Shown one piece after another: positions 38,871-47,726 of a stretch of DNA of 64,000 bases; position 1 is the stretch's first letter, and the number at the start of each line of letters is the position of its first letter. Made by a program: the position numbers and the translations under genes. Under the pieces are notes generated by a model. It made no database searches, was not told the DNA's origin, and saw only the letters and a list, made by a program, of their open reading frames with translations. This stretch comes from an uncultured Acidobacteriota bacterium (GTDB lineage: Bacteria; Acidobacteriota; Vicinamibacteria; Vicinamibacterales; UBA8438), in the NCBI GenBank assembly GCA_913043225.1, contig CAJWLU010000012.1:45132-109131 (forward strand), in the 5' to 3' direction.

Positions 38871-39815
38871 CTAGCGTCCGGCCCGCTCCTCGGCACGTGC
38901 TCCGCCCAGCATACTGGTCATGGCGTAGTTGTTCCCCTCGTGGCAGGCGTACTCATACATCGCGTAGTTGTCGTTCCGGGATAGCCCAATTCCGACCTTC
39001 CAGGACGTTACCCAGGTCTCTGGATCGCTGATGGTCGCCTCGTAGTCAAGCGTGTTCTGATCGGTCAGCGTAAACATCTCGACCACCTTTAGGTGCTCTG
39101 TGTGCGCGTGGCCCCGGATGGCGCTCTTGTTGGTGAAGTTGGCCGTTTCTACCAAAAGGGTGTTTCCGTCGAAGTAACCGCGTGATCGTCCCATCCATTG
39201 GCTGATGTCGGACGACGAGAGTGGTCCGTCAGTCAGCGGGATCACGCGAACGTCGTGAATCATCTCGTAGCGCAGGATGACGTAACCAGGAATTTGCAGA
39301 ATTTGATAGGCGTTGTTGTAGAGCGACGGGAACGTTGACGCTGGGATACCGCGCGTGATGCAGCGGACCCACGGATCCAGGTAGGTGTAGTTATCGAACC
39401 CCCGTCGACAGATCTCATCAATTCGGTCGCTGCCCGCGTCGGTGAGGGCGGGGACCCGCCCGTTCTCCGGGTCAGAAATCAGGCTCGGCCGCACGTTACC
39501 GACATCGAGAGAGGTCTCGAACCAATGCTCCGGCGGTCCGATGCCCGCGCCACCTTCGAGTTTCGGAATCGGCTCGTCTGATGGGAAGCACGTGCCGGTA
39601 CCGATAAGCAGCCGTGACGCCCGTTCGCCTGGCGGGGGAGGGGTTTCCAGGCTAAACCCCTCGCCGAGGTCGAAATTGGTCCAGATACCGCGCAAGTCGG
39701 GGTCGCCCCACGGGGTGGTTGATTGAGCGCTTGCAGCCCCGGCCAGGAAAATGAGCGCAAGAAAACAGCCCACTGTTGGTCGGAATGACGCCATAGGAGT
39801 GTTTATTCGTCGCAT
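38871..39815 (-). CDS. Secreted EYACHEGN-family protein, copy 6
   Basis: TPWGDPDLRGIW, VRC, YNNAYQILQ, YEYACHEGNN. Confidence 0.85.
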   Translation of the reverse strand: MRRINTPMASFRPTVGCFLALIFLAGAASAQSTTPWGDPDLRGIWTNFDLGEGFSLETPPPPGERASRLLIGTGTCFPSDEPIPKLEGGAGIGPPEHWFETSLDVGNVRPSLISDPENGRVPALTDAGSDRIDEICRRGFDNYTYLDPWVRCITRGIPASTFPSLYNNAYQILQIPGYVILRYEMIHDVRVIPLTDGPLSSSDISQWMGRSRGYFDGNTLLVETANFTNKSAIRGHAHTEHLKVVEMFTLTDQNTLDYEATISDPETWVTSWKVGIGLSRNDNYAMYEYACHEGNNYAMTSMLGGARAEERAGR

Positions 39816-39906
39816 GATCCGCTGCTCCCTCATTATCTAGCCGAGTTCGGCCTAGTTGATACCGTCGTCCCTAGGAACCTGCCTAATCTATTCGGACCAG
39901 CGATTA

Positions 39907-40041
39907 CTAGAGAACGGCGCTGAACGTGTGAGATAGGCCGAGACGGTGAAGAAATAGAGCATTCTAGACCGAGGAGTAATGCAGGTCACACGTGATTTAG
40001 CGCCGTTCGAATGCAGCGGGATTTTCACCGCGGTCTGCTAG
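39907..40041. mobile_element. MITE/IS-end-like element bounded by CTAG
   Basis: CTAG at both ends; GAACGGCGCT..CGTGTGA is mirrored by TCACACG..AGCGCCGTTC; right end ATTTTCACCGCGGTCTGCTAG. Confidence 0.55.
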
Positions 40042-40916
40042 GGCGTGACGGTGACTTTCAGGTAGCCGTTCGTCCAGCAGCACTGGTTGCCGGACGAGCT
40101 GTCGACCCGGCCGAAGTTGTCGCCGCGTACCCGGAGGACATACTGGCCAGGCTGGTCGAAGGTTGCTTCGGTGGTGCCCATTCCCTGGGTGTCCTCAAGC
40201 GACACTGAGTATTCGCTGAAGATGACGTCGCCAGGACCGGTGTGCTTGAACCAGCTCAGCCGCATCGCCGTGGCGTTGCTCCGTCGTCTGACCGGGAGCA
40301 GTTCTTCGTCGCGCACGCTGTCATCGTTGAGCCAGACCGAGAGCGGCAGTGGCGTGCCCACTGAGGCTGTCATCGGCTCGCCCTCCACCCCTGAGGGGCC
40401 CCGGCCGGTCGGGCCGTCGGCGCTGAAGCTGAGCAGCGGCGGTTGTGACCCCATGGCCATCGGCCAGCGCAGCTGGTAGGCGCCGGTCTGTGCGCTGCCG
40501 GGCACGCTGAAAGTCTGTTCCTGGTTGACCAGGGTCCAGACCACCTCGCCACTGAATCCTGGGGGGATCGTCACGGTAAACACGCCGCGCTCCCGACCCC
40601 GACGTCTACGTGGACGGTCGCTACCATGTCCGGCCGGTGGGAACGAGGTCGGTTGGCCGCCGTCGAACTCGGCCGGCTCGATGAAGTTTGCAGCGCCGTG
40701 GGGAATTTCTACGACTTCGTTCAGGTTCAAATTGGAGTAGCCGAACGAAAGGGTCACCGTACCGTCGTCGTTCCGATACCAACCGTCGAAGAACGGGGCC
40801 ACTCGCAATCCGTTGGGTGGTAGGGGAGTCAGCGGTCGCTGCCGTTGGGCTCCTAACGGGAGAGCGCTGATCAGCAGCACGGTTGCGACGCCGCCCACAA
40901 GCCATCGTCTAGGCAC
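40038..40916 (-). CDS. Secreted protein with a C-terminal PKD/Ig-like domain
   Basis: GGAGG plus GTG; VAPFFDGWY.N.DG...LSFGY.N.N, W.K..GPG.V.F, F.QPGQYVLR, QCCWTNG. Confidence 0.75.
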   Translation of the reverse strand: MPRRWLVGGVATVLLISALPLGAQRQRPLTPLPPNGLRVAPFFDGWYRNDDGTVTLSFGYSNLNLNEVVEIPHGAANFIEPAEFDGGQPTSFPPAGHGSDRPRRRRGRERGVFTVTIPPGFSGEVVWTLVNQEQTFSVPGSAQTGAYQLRWPMAMGSQPPLLSFSADGPTGRGPSGVEGEPMTASVGTPLPLSVWLNDDSVRDEELLPVRRRSNATAMRLSWFKHTGPGDVIFSEYSVSLEDTQGMGTTEATFDQPGQYVLRVRGDNFGRVDSSSGNQCCWTNGYLKVTVTP

Positions 40917-41011
40917 TGGCGTTTCCTCCATCAAGACGCGTCCGAAACGCGAAAGAGCCCCTCGATATCGAGAGGCTCCCTCGCGCCGGCAATCCGTCAA
41001 AGCTTGTCCGG

Positions 41012-42331
41012 CTACGGCTGTTCGGTGGTCTCCAATGCGAGTCGTTCCTCCCGCTCGGCCACCAGTTGCTCGTACCCCTTGTCGTCGAGGTGCGTGACGG
41101 CGATCCAGGCGTGCGACATCTCATCCGCCGTGCGACTGCCACGTCCCACCCACTGAGTCGGATCGGGGTTCTGTTTGTTCCCGGCCGTGTTGTCGTAGTA
41201 GCCGGTGATTACCAGGACGGATCCTGCCGGCACCAGCGGTGCCGAGTCGTCGGCGTAGATGTGGCTGGTGTGCCAGTCGTTCGTCCAATCAGAGACCGAG
41301 CTGACCATCTCCAGATCACCCGTCTTCGGGTCAAAGATCTCAAGCGTCTTACCCACTAGGCGGAAGTGACCGTGCGGCTGGAAGCTGTCGATCCGCACCG
41401 GGGTGTCGAAGGAATGGAAGCCCTGGGTCATCGCCGTGCCGTGCGGCTGGAGCTCGAGCTCGCTACCCTTCATCAGGAGGGAATAGAGTTTGAGGTCCTG
41501 CTGGTATTTGCCCTCGTGGTCTTCCGGATAGAGCCACACTCCCATCTCGATGACGTCGTCCTCGATGACCTCACCGGTGGGGTAGTAGTGGACGTCCCAG
41601 GTGACCATCGAGTCGGCCGGGAGCCGTCGGCACGCGTCCTCGGGAACAACCTCGCCCACTTTGCCCAGCGCGTATTCTGAGAGCCGCTCTACCTCGACCC
41701 ACTCCTCGGTCTCTTCATCGAACCCGAGTAGCCGGCTGTTCGCGTGGTGCGCGGCGGCGCGGCCCTGAGGCGACGGCTTGACGGAGACCGCCTTGATACA
41801 GCGATCTTCGGTCATGCCGGTTGGCGTGATTGGGCGCCACCAAACGTCCTGGCCATCGGCCGCTAGGGTATACGGCTTGGTCTTGATGATCAGATCGGGC
41901 GGACCGAACTGTTCCGCGTAGGCCCACTCGCTGAGGTCTGGGAACGACAGCGGCGGCGGGAGGTCGGCCGGGTCGCCCATCGGTGCGCCAGCGTCCACCC
42001 AACTGGAGATCGCCTCGATCTCGGACAGGCTTAGCCGGAGGTCGTCCTTTAGATTCTGAATGCCGATGTCGCGGTCGTAGCGATAGGGCGGCATCTCGCC
42101 CGTCACCACCCGGTTCTTGATGGACCGGGCCCAGGGCCGCACTTCCTGGTAGGTGGTCAGCGACATCGGGCCGATCGAGCCGGGTCGGTGGCACTGCTGA
42201 CAGTTCTTCTGGAAGATCGGCGCAATGTCTTTGGAGAACGTTACCTCGTGCGCATCGCTGGGCGTCTGAGCGGCCGCGGGCGCACTAAAGGCAAGAAGGA
42301 CTGCGATTCCTAGACTCGAGGCAACACGCAT
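41012..42331 (-). CDS. Cytochrome c / copper type II (PHM-like) monooxygenase fusion B
   Basis: Signal peptide; CQQCH, EMPP; AHHA, VHYY, PHGH, DEMS. Confidence 0.75.
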   Translation of the reverse strand: MRVASSLGIAVLLAFSAPAAAQTPSDAHEVTFSKDIAPIFQKNCQQCHRPGSIGPMSLTTYQEVRPWARSIKNRVVTGEMPPYRYDRDIGIQNLKDDLRLSLSEIEAISSWVDAGAPMGDPADLPPPLSFPDLSEWAYAEQFGPPDLIIKTKPYTLAADGQDVWWRPITPTGMTEDRCIKAVSVKPSPQGRAAAHHANSRLLGFDEETEEWVEVERLSEYALGKVGEVVPEDACRRLPADSMVTWDVHYYPTGEVIEDDVIEMGVWLYPEDHEGKYQQDLKLYSLLMKGSELELQPHGTAMTQGFHSFDTPVRIDSFQPHGHFRLVGKTLEIFDPKTGDLEMVSSVSDWTNDWHTSHIYADDSAPLVPAGSVLVITGYYDNTAGNKQNPDPTQWVGRGSRTADEMSHAWIAVTHLDDKGYEQLVAEREERLALETTEQP

Positions 42332-42402
42332 ACTGACACCTCTCGAAAGCACTCTGGTTGCGACTACGCGCATCCTACTACAGAAACACGCCGGAGAGCC
42401 GC

Positions 42403-43413
42403 CTATGGTTGGCAGGACGAAGCCACCGTCGTCACCGACGTCAGGTTCAAGCGGCTGACCGGTTCGGCCGGGATGAGCAACGCCTTCACGAGTACCGTCT
42501 GGTTCCGCAGTGATGGCAGGTTGAACTCCGACGCGCCGATCAGCTGGAACTGACCCTGGCCACCGGTCGGGCCCTCGTGTGGCTGGTCTGTGGGAGGGCC
42601 GTTGGCGATGCTGGCCACCGGGTCGGTGGCGCCGGTCAACATCCAAGCGCCGGGCCCGGTTTCGACGACGCAGCCGGTTACCGAGACGACCTGGACGTTT
42701 GACGGGGAACTTCGCGGTCGGTCCGACGACGTGGTTGGCGGTGGCGCGGGCGGCCGTGGCTCCGATGTACCTCCGCTTCGCGGAGCATCCTTCTTCCACC
42801 AGGGATTGCCGTAGTTGAGGAACGGGCCGCTGTCCTCGGAGATGGTGGTCTGGACCCGGTAGTTGAAGGGCGAGAGCAGCCGGACGGTGCTTCTGACGCG
42901 GATCGTCTTGCGGTTATGGACGAACGGTGCACCGTCGAACCTGATGGTGAACACGCCGCCTAGGTCGCCAGTGACTGTCCCGGTCTGAAGATACGAGTAG
43001 CCGCGGCTGTCGTTCACCATCCGTGCGATGGTGAGGTTGTCTCTCAGGTAGCCGATGGTCTCTCGAATGGTGACCGGCCCGTCGTCTCCCATCGCCTCGG
43101 TGATTGCCTCGAAATAGCCATCATCAAGGGCCTTGAACTCGGTGGTGCCGTCCAGGCTGCCGGCTGGGCCAAGCGCGCTGTCAGGATAATCCCAGGAAAA
43201 CGCCCACCTGCCGCTGAAGTAGCGTGCGAAATCGAGTTGAGGCACATCGTCATCCGGCCTGGTCGGCCGGTCGAGGTTCGGCATCTGGCTGGTCGGCCGA
43301 TCAGAGGTCGGAGGCGCTTGTTCTGGGACCTGACCTTGAATGACAGCGTCCGAGCACGCGATCGCAACAAGGGTGAGGCCACAGCCCGCCGACTGTCGCC
43401 ACCTGCTTCGCAT
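42403..43413 (-). CDS. Secreted two-domain hypothetical protein
   Basis: Beta-barrel-like domain (YFSGRW...YGNPWW), Pro/Ser linker, small domain VTGC...SSC. Confidence 0.7.
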   Translation of the reverse strand: MRSRWRQSAGCGLTLVAIACSDAVIQGQVPEQAPPTSDRPTSQMPNLDRPTRPDDDVPQLDFARYFSGRWAFSWDYPDSALGPAGSLDGTTEFKALDDGYFEAITEAMGDDGPVTIRETIGYLRDNLTIARMVNDSRGYSYLQTGTVTGDLGGVFTIRFDGAPFVHNRKTIRVRSTVRLLSPFNYRVQTTISEDSGPFLNYGNPWWKKDAPRSGGTSEPRPPAPPPTTSSDRPRSSPSNVQVVSVTGCVVETGPGAWMLTGATDPVASIANGPPTDQPHEGPTGGQGQFQLIGASEFNLPSLRNQTVLVKALLIPAEPVSRLNLTSVTTVASSCQP

Positions 43414-43424
43414 GATCCGTAGCG

Positions 43425-44843
43425 CTACTGGTCCTGCGACGTTGTTGCAGGCACCTTGGTGAGATCCTGGCTATCCACCGAGAACTGGATGGTCGGTTGA
43501 TACATCTCGTCCCAGCTTTGCTCCGACCAGTAGACCGGCTTCTCAGGCGCGGGGTTCCAGCGGTTGCCGGGCGAGTTGTCGTAGATGGCCACGTTGGTGA
43601 TCTTGCTGCCGGCGGGCACCTTCAGCGGCATTTCCAGTTCGTACTGAATCTGCCAATTGAAGTCGTATTCCGGTACATCGAGGATCACTTCCTCGCTTCC
43701 GTCTGGATAGGTTACCCACCACTTCATGCTCTTGCCGCGCAGGTGCATGTGCGGTGTTAGCGAGTAGACCGTGATCGGCTCGTTGACGGGCGTGATCCCC
43801 ATCACCCGATGTGCCTCTTCGTAGGGCGGAATCAATGGCCTCGCGGGACTGCGCCGACTGTTGACGGCGTAGCGCAGTTCCTGGCCTGACGAGAAGTACA
43901 GCCCCCGGCCGCCGCTCTTCGGCACCGGGGAACCGGCCTGCAGATTCAGCACCTCGTGTGTCACTGGGTTCTTGGCGAACCACAAGCCGAGCCGGCTGCG
44001 GTCTGTTTCGACCTGGCCGGTCGGGTTGTAGTGCAACACCCAGCGGATGTACTTCCCGGCCGGAATCCGCTTGGCGAATCCGTCGGGGTGTGATTCGTAG
44101 CCGCGACCAGGCACGTAAGACAGCAGTTTGTTCGCGCCCGCTAGCGGGTCGTCGTTCCCTGAACTGGCAGCCCGGCCCATGGGCTGGCTCGGAGGTACCT
44201 GGCTGCCGTCCTCGTCGTGCAGATACCCGTCAGTCACGGAGTAGCCCTCCGGAATGTCGACAATGTAGGCGCCCGAGTGATGCACCACCGCATGGTTCTC
44301 GGGACGTAGTTCCAGGCCGGAGGCCCACCGGTCTTGGGCGAAGGGAATCGGCTGATAGAAGTAGAGGTAGGGTTCGGCGCCGTCCGGCTTGATCGTCCAT
44401 TCGACGGGCTGCTCGAAGATGTAGTCCGGTTCACCTAGCTGCCAGCCGGTGGTGAAGGTTGGCGGCTCCGGCAGGTCGGCATCATTACCTGGCGGTGCGC
44501 CGCCTTCGACCCACGCCACGATGGTGTCGATCTCGTCCTGTATGAGTCGGTTGTCGTTCCGCATCTTCATGCTGGTTGGAGTCGCGCCCCACGGCGGCAT
44601 CTCGCCCGAGACAACCCGGGCCTGGATCGACCGTGCCCATGGACGCGTGCTCTTGTAGTCCAAGAACGACATCGGACCAATTTCTCCCTGGCGATGGCAT
44701 CTGACGCACTTCTGGTACAGGATGGGTGCGACGTCCTTGGCAAACGTCGGCGCGGCGCCGGGCGCTTCGTTGGCATGTGCGCCTCCAGCCGCCGGTGCTG
44801 TCAGAGTAACCGCTACCGCTAGTATTGAGAGAGGACGCTGCAT
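43425..44843 (-). CDS. Cytochrome c / copper type II (PHM-like) monooxygenase fusion A
   Basis: AAGGAG RBS; CVRCH, EMPPW; VVHHS, LHYN, PHMHLRGK, YDFNWQ, WDEM. Confidence 0.8.
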   Translation of the reverse strand: MQRPLSILAVAVTLTAPAAGGAHANEAPGAAPTFAKDVAPILYQKCVRCHRQGEIGPMSFLDYKSTRPWARSIQARVVSGEMPPWGATPTSMKMRNDNRLIQDEIDTIVAWVEGGAPPGNDADLPEPPTFTTGWQLGEPDYIFEQPVEWTIKPDGAEPYLYFYQPIPFAQDRWASGLELRPENHAVVHHSGAYIVDIPEGYSVTDGYLHDEDGSQVPPSQPMGRAASSGNDDPLAGANKLLSYVPGRGYESHPDGFAKRIPAGKYIRWVLHYNPTGQVETDRSRLGLWFAKNPVTHEVLNLQAGSPVPKSGGRGLYFSSGQELRYAVNSRRSPARPLIPPYEEAHRVMGITPVNEPITVYSLTPHMHLRGKSMKWWVTYPDGSEEVILDVPEYDFNWQIQYELEMPLKVPAGSKITNVAIYDNSPGNRWNPAPEKPVYWSEQSWDEMYQPTIQFSVDSQDLTKVPATTSQDQ

Positions 44844-45007
44844 TCCTATCTCCTTCAAGGGTTATATTTGCTATTAGACTCGCCTTGAGGCGCTGGGGCA
44901 ACTTCTGTCTTATCGTACCTTTTCGAGAAGCGCTGAAAACCCAAGTACAGATTGCCGAAGCTGAACGCCTGCTCGTGGAGAAGACGAGGCGTACCCGCTA
45001 TTCCGCC

Positions 45008-45110
45008 ATGAGATACACGCAACTCTTTCTCTCTGCTCTCCTCGTGTGCTCCTGTGCGCCTGGGCCCCAGAGCACGGATTGGTCCACCTATCTGGGCGAT
45101 CCAGGGATGA
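45008..45110 (+). pseudogene. N-terminal stub of a lipoprotein PQQ dehydrogenase
   Basis: MRYTQLFLSALLVCSC...DWSTYLGDPG, then unrelated sequence. Confidence 0.5.
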
Positions 45111-45667
45111 CCTGGCCGCCGGTGGTGGTGACCAGTTCGGCCCTGCCTCAAAGAGCGGGAAAGTATTGCTCGACAACGTGAATTGTTCATTGTCGTAGGT
45201 CACCGCTTGCAAGCCCAAGAGGTCACTTCCCGTCACCATTAGCAGGGTGATGTACCCGCACAGGGCGGTTGCTAGCACCTGTAGCCCCAGGCATGCCTTG
45301 TCGATCGACCCTTGGGTCAGTGCACCGGCCTGCGCAACGCGAAATCCGGAGAAGGTCAGGACGCCAACAAATACAGCGCCCAACGTCGTCAGCAGGTTGG
45401 CTTCCAGGCCACGAGCGATTCGTCCGATAGTTCCCAGCGGAACGGCGAGCATGAAGTTGCTCAGCAGTGCGATCACGACAATGAGGCCGATACGCTTGTG
45501 TAGAGCAGTGCCCTTGGTTTTGGCAAGTACGAAACCGCCGCCGACGAGTGTGATCAGTCCCAGGGCGATGTGGACCTGGACGAGGAGCCCCAACAGACCG
45601 GCGTAGCCAAGTTCCTGCTGGTACGAGACGTCGATGATTTTCTCGATAAGCTCCGCGGCTTGAGCAG
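45110..45667 (-). pseudogene. Truncated DUF2306-like membrane protein
   Basis: HIALG...KG.ALHKRIG and several TM helices; frame open up to the tRNA CCA end; C-terminus degenerates. Confidence 0.55.
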
Positions 45668-45755
45668 TGGTGCGGAAGGGGGGACTTGAACCCCCATGGG
45701 ACTAAGTCCCACTGGCTCCTGAAGCCAGCGCGTCTGCCAATTCCGCCACTTCCGC
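45668..45755 (-). tRNA. tRNA-Leu(CAG)
   Basis: Acceptor GCGGAAG/CTTCCGC-ACCA, anticodon arm CTGGC-TTCAGGA-GCCAG, long variable arm TGGGACTTAGTCCCA, T loop TTCAAGT. Confidence 0.97.
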
Positions 45756-45807
45756 AGTGGGGGAGTGCAACCCCTGGCGGGGCCTTCGGCCGGTCAGCCG
45801 AAGGCTC

Positions 45808-45837
45808 AGTATACCGGAGTCCGAGACGGCGGTGCAC
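45808..45837 (-). promoter_or_regulatory. Probable tRNA promoter
   Basis: GTGCAC-N18-TATACT; GCCTTCGGC/GCCGAAGGC hairpin at 45782-45805 just downstream. Confidence 0.45.
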
Positions 45838-45955
45838 GTATACTCAAATGGGAATGGGCCGTGCTGTTTTGGTCCGAGGGAATCGAGACCGGTGCGCCGA
45901 GCGTGCCGTGGCGCCGGGCGACCGCCGGTAGCCGGAACGAGTAGAAGGAGATACC

Positions 45956-47707
45956 GTGGCAATGCACCGCGGCGTGAAGTTCATCTTCGTGTTCCTGCTT
46001 CTAGCGGTCATGGCCTCCATGGGCGGCATGGTGGCGATGTACTTCTTCGTCTCTGGCAGCGCGCCCTCGGTCAGCACTAACTCGGTGCTGGTACTCCCGG
46101 TGCCGGGCGGCCTCAGCGAGCGCGAGGGTAACCCGCTCCTGACCGCTTTTGCCGGTCCGGGGGCGACGCTGGCCAGCGTGGTGGAGAGCCTGCGCAAGGC
46201 CAAGGTCGACCAGCGTATTCGCGGCGTTATTCTGGCGCCGGCGGGGCCGCAGGTTTACTGGGGCAAGGCGCAGGAGATTCGCGATGCCATCGTTGACTAT
46301 CGCGAATCTGGCAAGCCCATCGTGGCGTTCCTCGAGTACGGCAGCACGCAGGAGTACTACGTGGCCTCTGCGGCCAACAAGGTGTTCCTGAAGCCGGGGA
46401 GTCCGCTCGATCTGGTGGGCGTGGCCAGCTACGAGATGTTTCTGCGGGGGCTGTTCGACAACATCGACGCCTACCCTGACATGCTCAATGCCGGTGATTT
46501 TAAGACGGCGGCCAACCAGTACACCGAGACCACGATGACGCCTGAGCATCGTGAGATGGCGGAATCGCTAAACAACGATCTCTACGAACAATTGGTCGAG
46601 GGGATCGCCGATGGGCGCAAGCTGGACGAGGACGAGGTTCGGCGCCTGATCGATGAAGGGCCGTTTCTGCCGAAAGATGCACTGCAAGCCGGCTTGATCG
46701 ATGGCCTGGTCTACGCCGACGAACTGAAGCGGCAGCCGCCGTTCGACGAAGTCAACTGGCGGGAGATCCACGACAGCGAGTATCGCCAGCTGAGCCTGGA
46801 GTCGGTCGGACTGAACCGTGGCCGGCGCATCGCGCTCGTCTATGCGAACGGCACCATCAACAGCGGCGCCGGCGGCATCGATCTGCTCGGCGGCGAGGTG
46901 CTCGGATCTGACAGTGTGATTCGCTCGATTCGTGCCGCTCGCGATGACGATTCGGTGCGCGCCATCGTACTGCGCATCGACAGCCCTGGAGGCTCAGCTG
47001 TCGCCTCGGACGCCATCTGGCGCGAGGTGGGTCTGGCGGCTCAGGAGAAGCCGGTCATCGCCTCGATGTCCGACCTCGCCGCCTCGGGTGGCTACTACAT
47101 TGCAATGGCGGCCGATGCCATCGTGGCGCAGCCGGGCACGTTGACCGGGTCCATCGGCGTGGTGGCCGGGAAGATTGCCACCGGTGGGACCTACAACAAG
47201 CTCGGCATTACGGTGGAGCCGGTCGCGGCCGGTCGCTTCGCCGGCATCTACTCACCCGTGGCGCCGTTCACCGACGACGAGCGGTTGAAGATGCAGGATC
47301 ACATCGACGCCATTTACGATGATTTCATCACCAAGGCCGCCGAAGGGCGAGACACCACGCCAGACGCTATCCACGAGGTGGGGCAGGGCCGCGTATGGAC
47401 CGGGCGCCAGGCCAAGACACACGGGCTGGTGGACGAACTGGGCGGTATAGGGCGGGCGGTAGCCCTGGCGAAGGACCAGGTGGGGCTCGACCCCGACGAG
47501 GATGTCGAACTCGTGGTCTTCCCTCGTCCCCAGAGCCTGTTCGAACTGTTGAACAACGGCTTCTCGGTGTCTGGCGCCCTGGCCCGTTTGGGCTGGTTGC
47601 CGCCCTCGGCCGAGATGGTGGCCGTAGCGGCTACCCAGCCGCTGCATATGTTCCGCCCGGGCGAGCCGCTGGCTATCCTGCCTGGGGCGTTGGTGCCTGG
47701 CCAGTAG
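45956..47707 (+). CDS. sppA: Signal peptide peptidase SppA, long (67K) type
   Basis: Two S49 domains; LRIDSPGGS, AASGGYY, TLTGSIGV, GQGRVWTG. Confidence 0.95.
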   Translation: MAMHRGVKFIFVFLLLAVMASMGGMVAMYFFVSGSAPSVSTNSVLVLPVPGGLSEREGNPLLTAFAGPGATLASVVESLRKAKVDQRIRGVILAPAGPQVYWGKAQEIRDAIVDYRESGKPIVAFLEYGSTQEYYVASAANKVFLKPGSPLDLVGVASYEMFLRGLFDNIDAYPDMLNAGDFKTAANQYTETTMTPEHREMAESLNNDLYEQLVEGIADGRKLDEDEVRRLIDEGPFLPKDALQAGLIDGLVYADELKRQPPFDEVNWREIHDSEYRQLSLESVGLNRGRRIALVYANGTINSGAGGIDLLGGEVLGSDSVIRSIRAARDDDSVRAIVLRIDSPGGSAVASDAIWREVGLAAQEKPVIASMSDLAASGGYYIAMAADAIVAQPGTLTGSIGVVAGKIATGGTYNKLGITVEPVAAGRFAGIYSPVAPFTDDERLKMQDHIDAIYDDFITKAAEGRDTTPDAIHEVGQGRVWTGRQAKTHGLVDELGGIGRAVALAKDQVGLDPDEDVELVVFPRPQSLFELLNNGFSVSGALARLGWLPPSAEMVAVAATQPLHMFRPGEPLAILPGALVPGQ

Positions 47708-47726
47708 AAGACGTGGCTAGAGCCGC

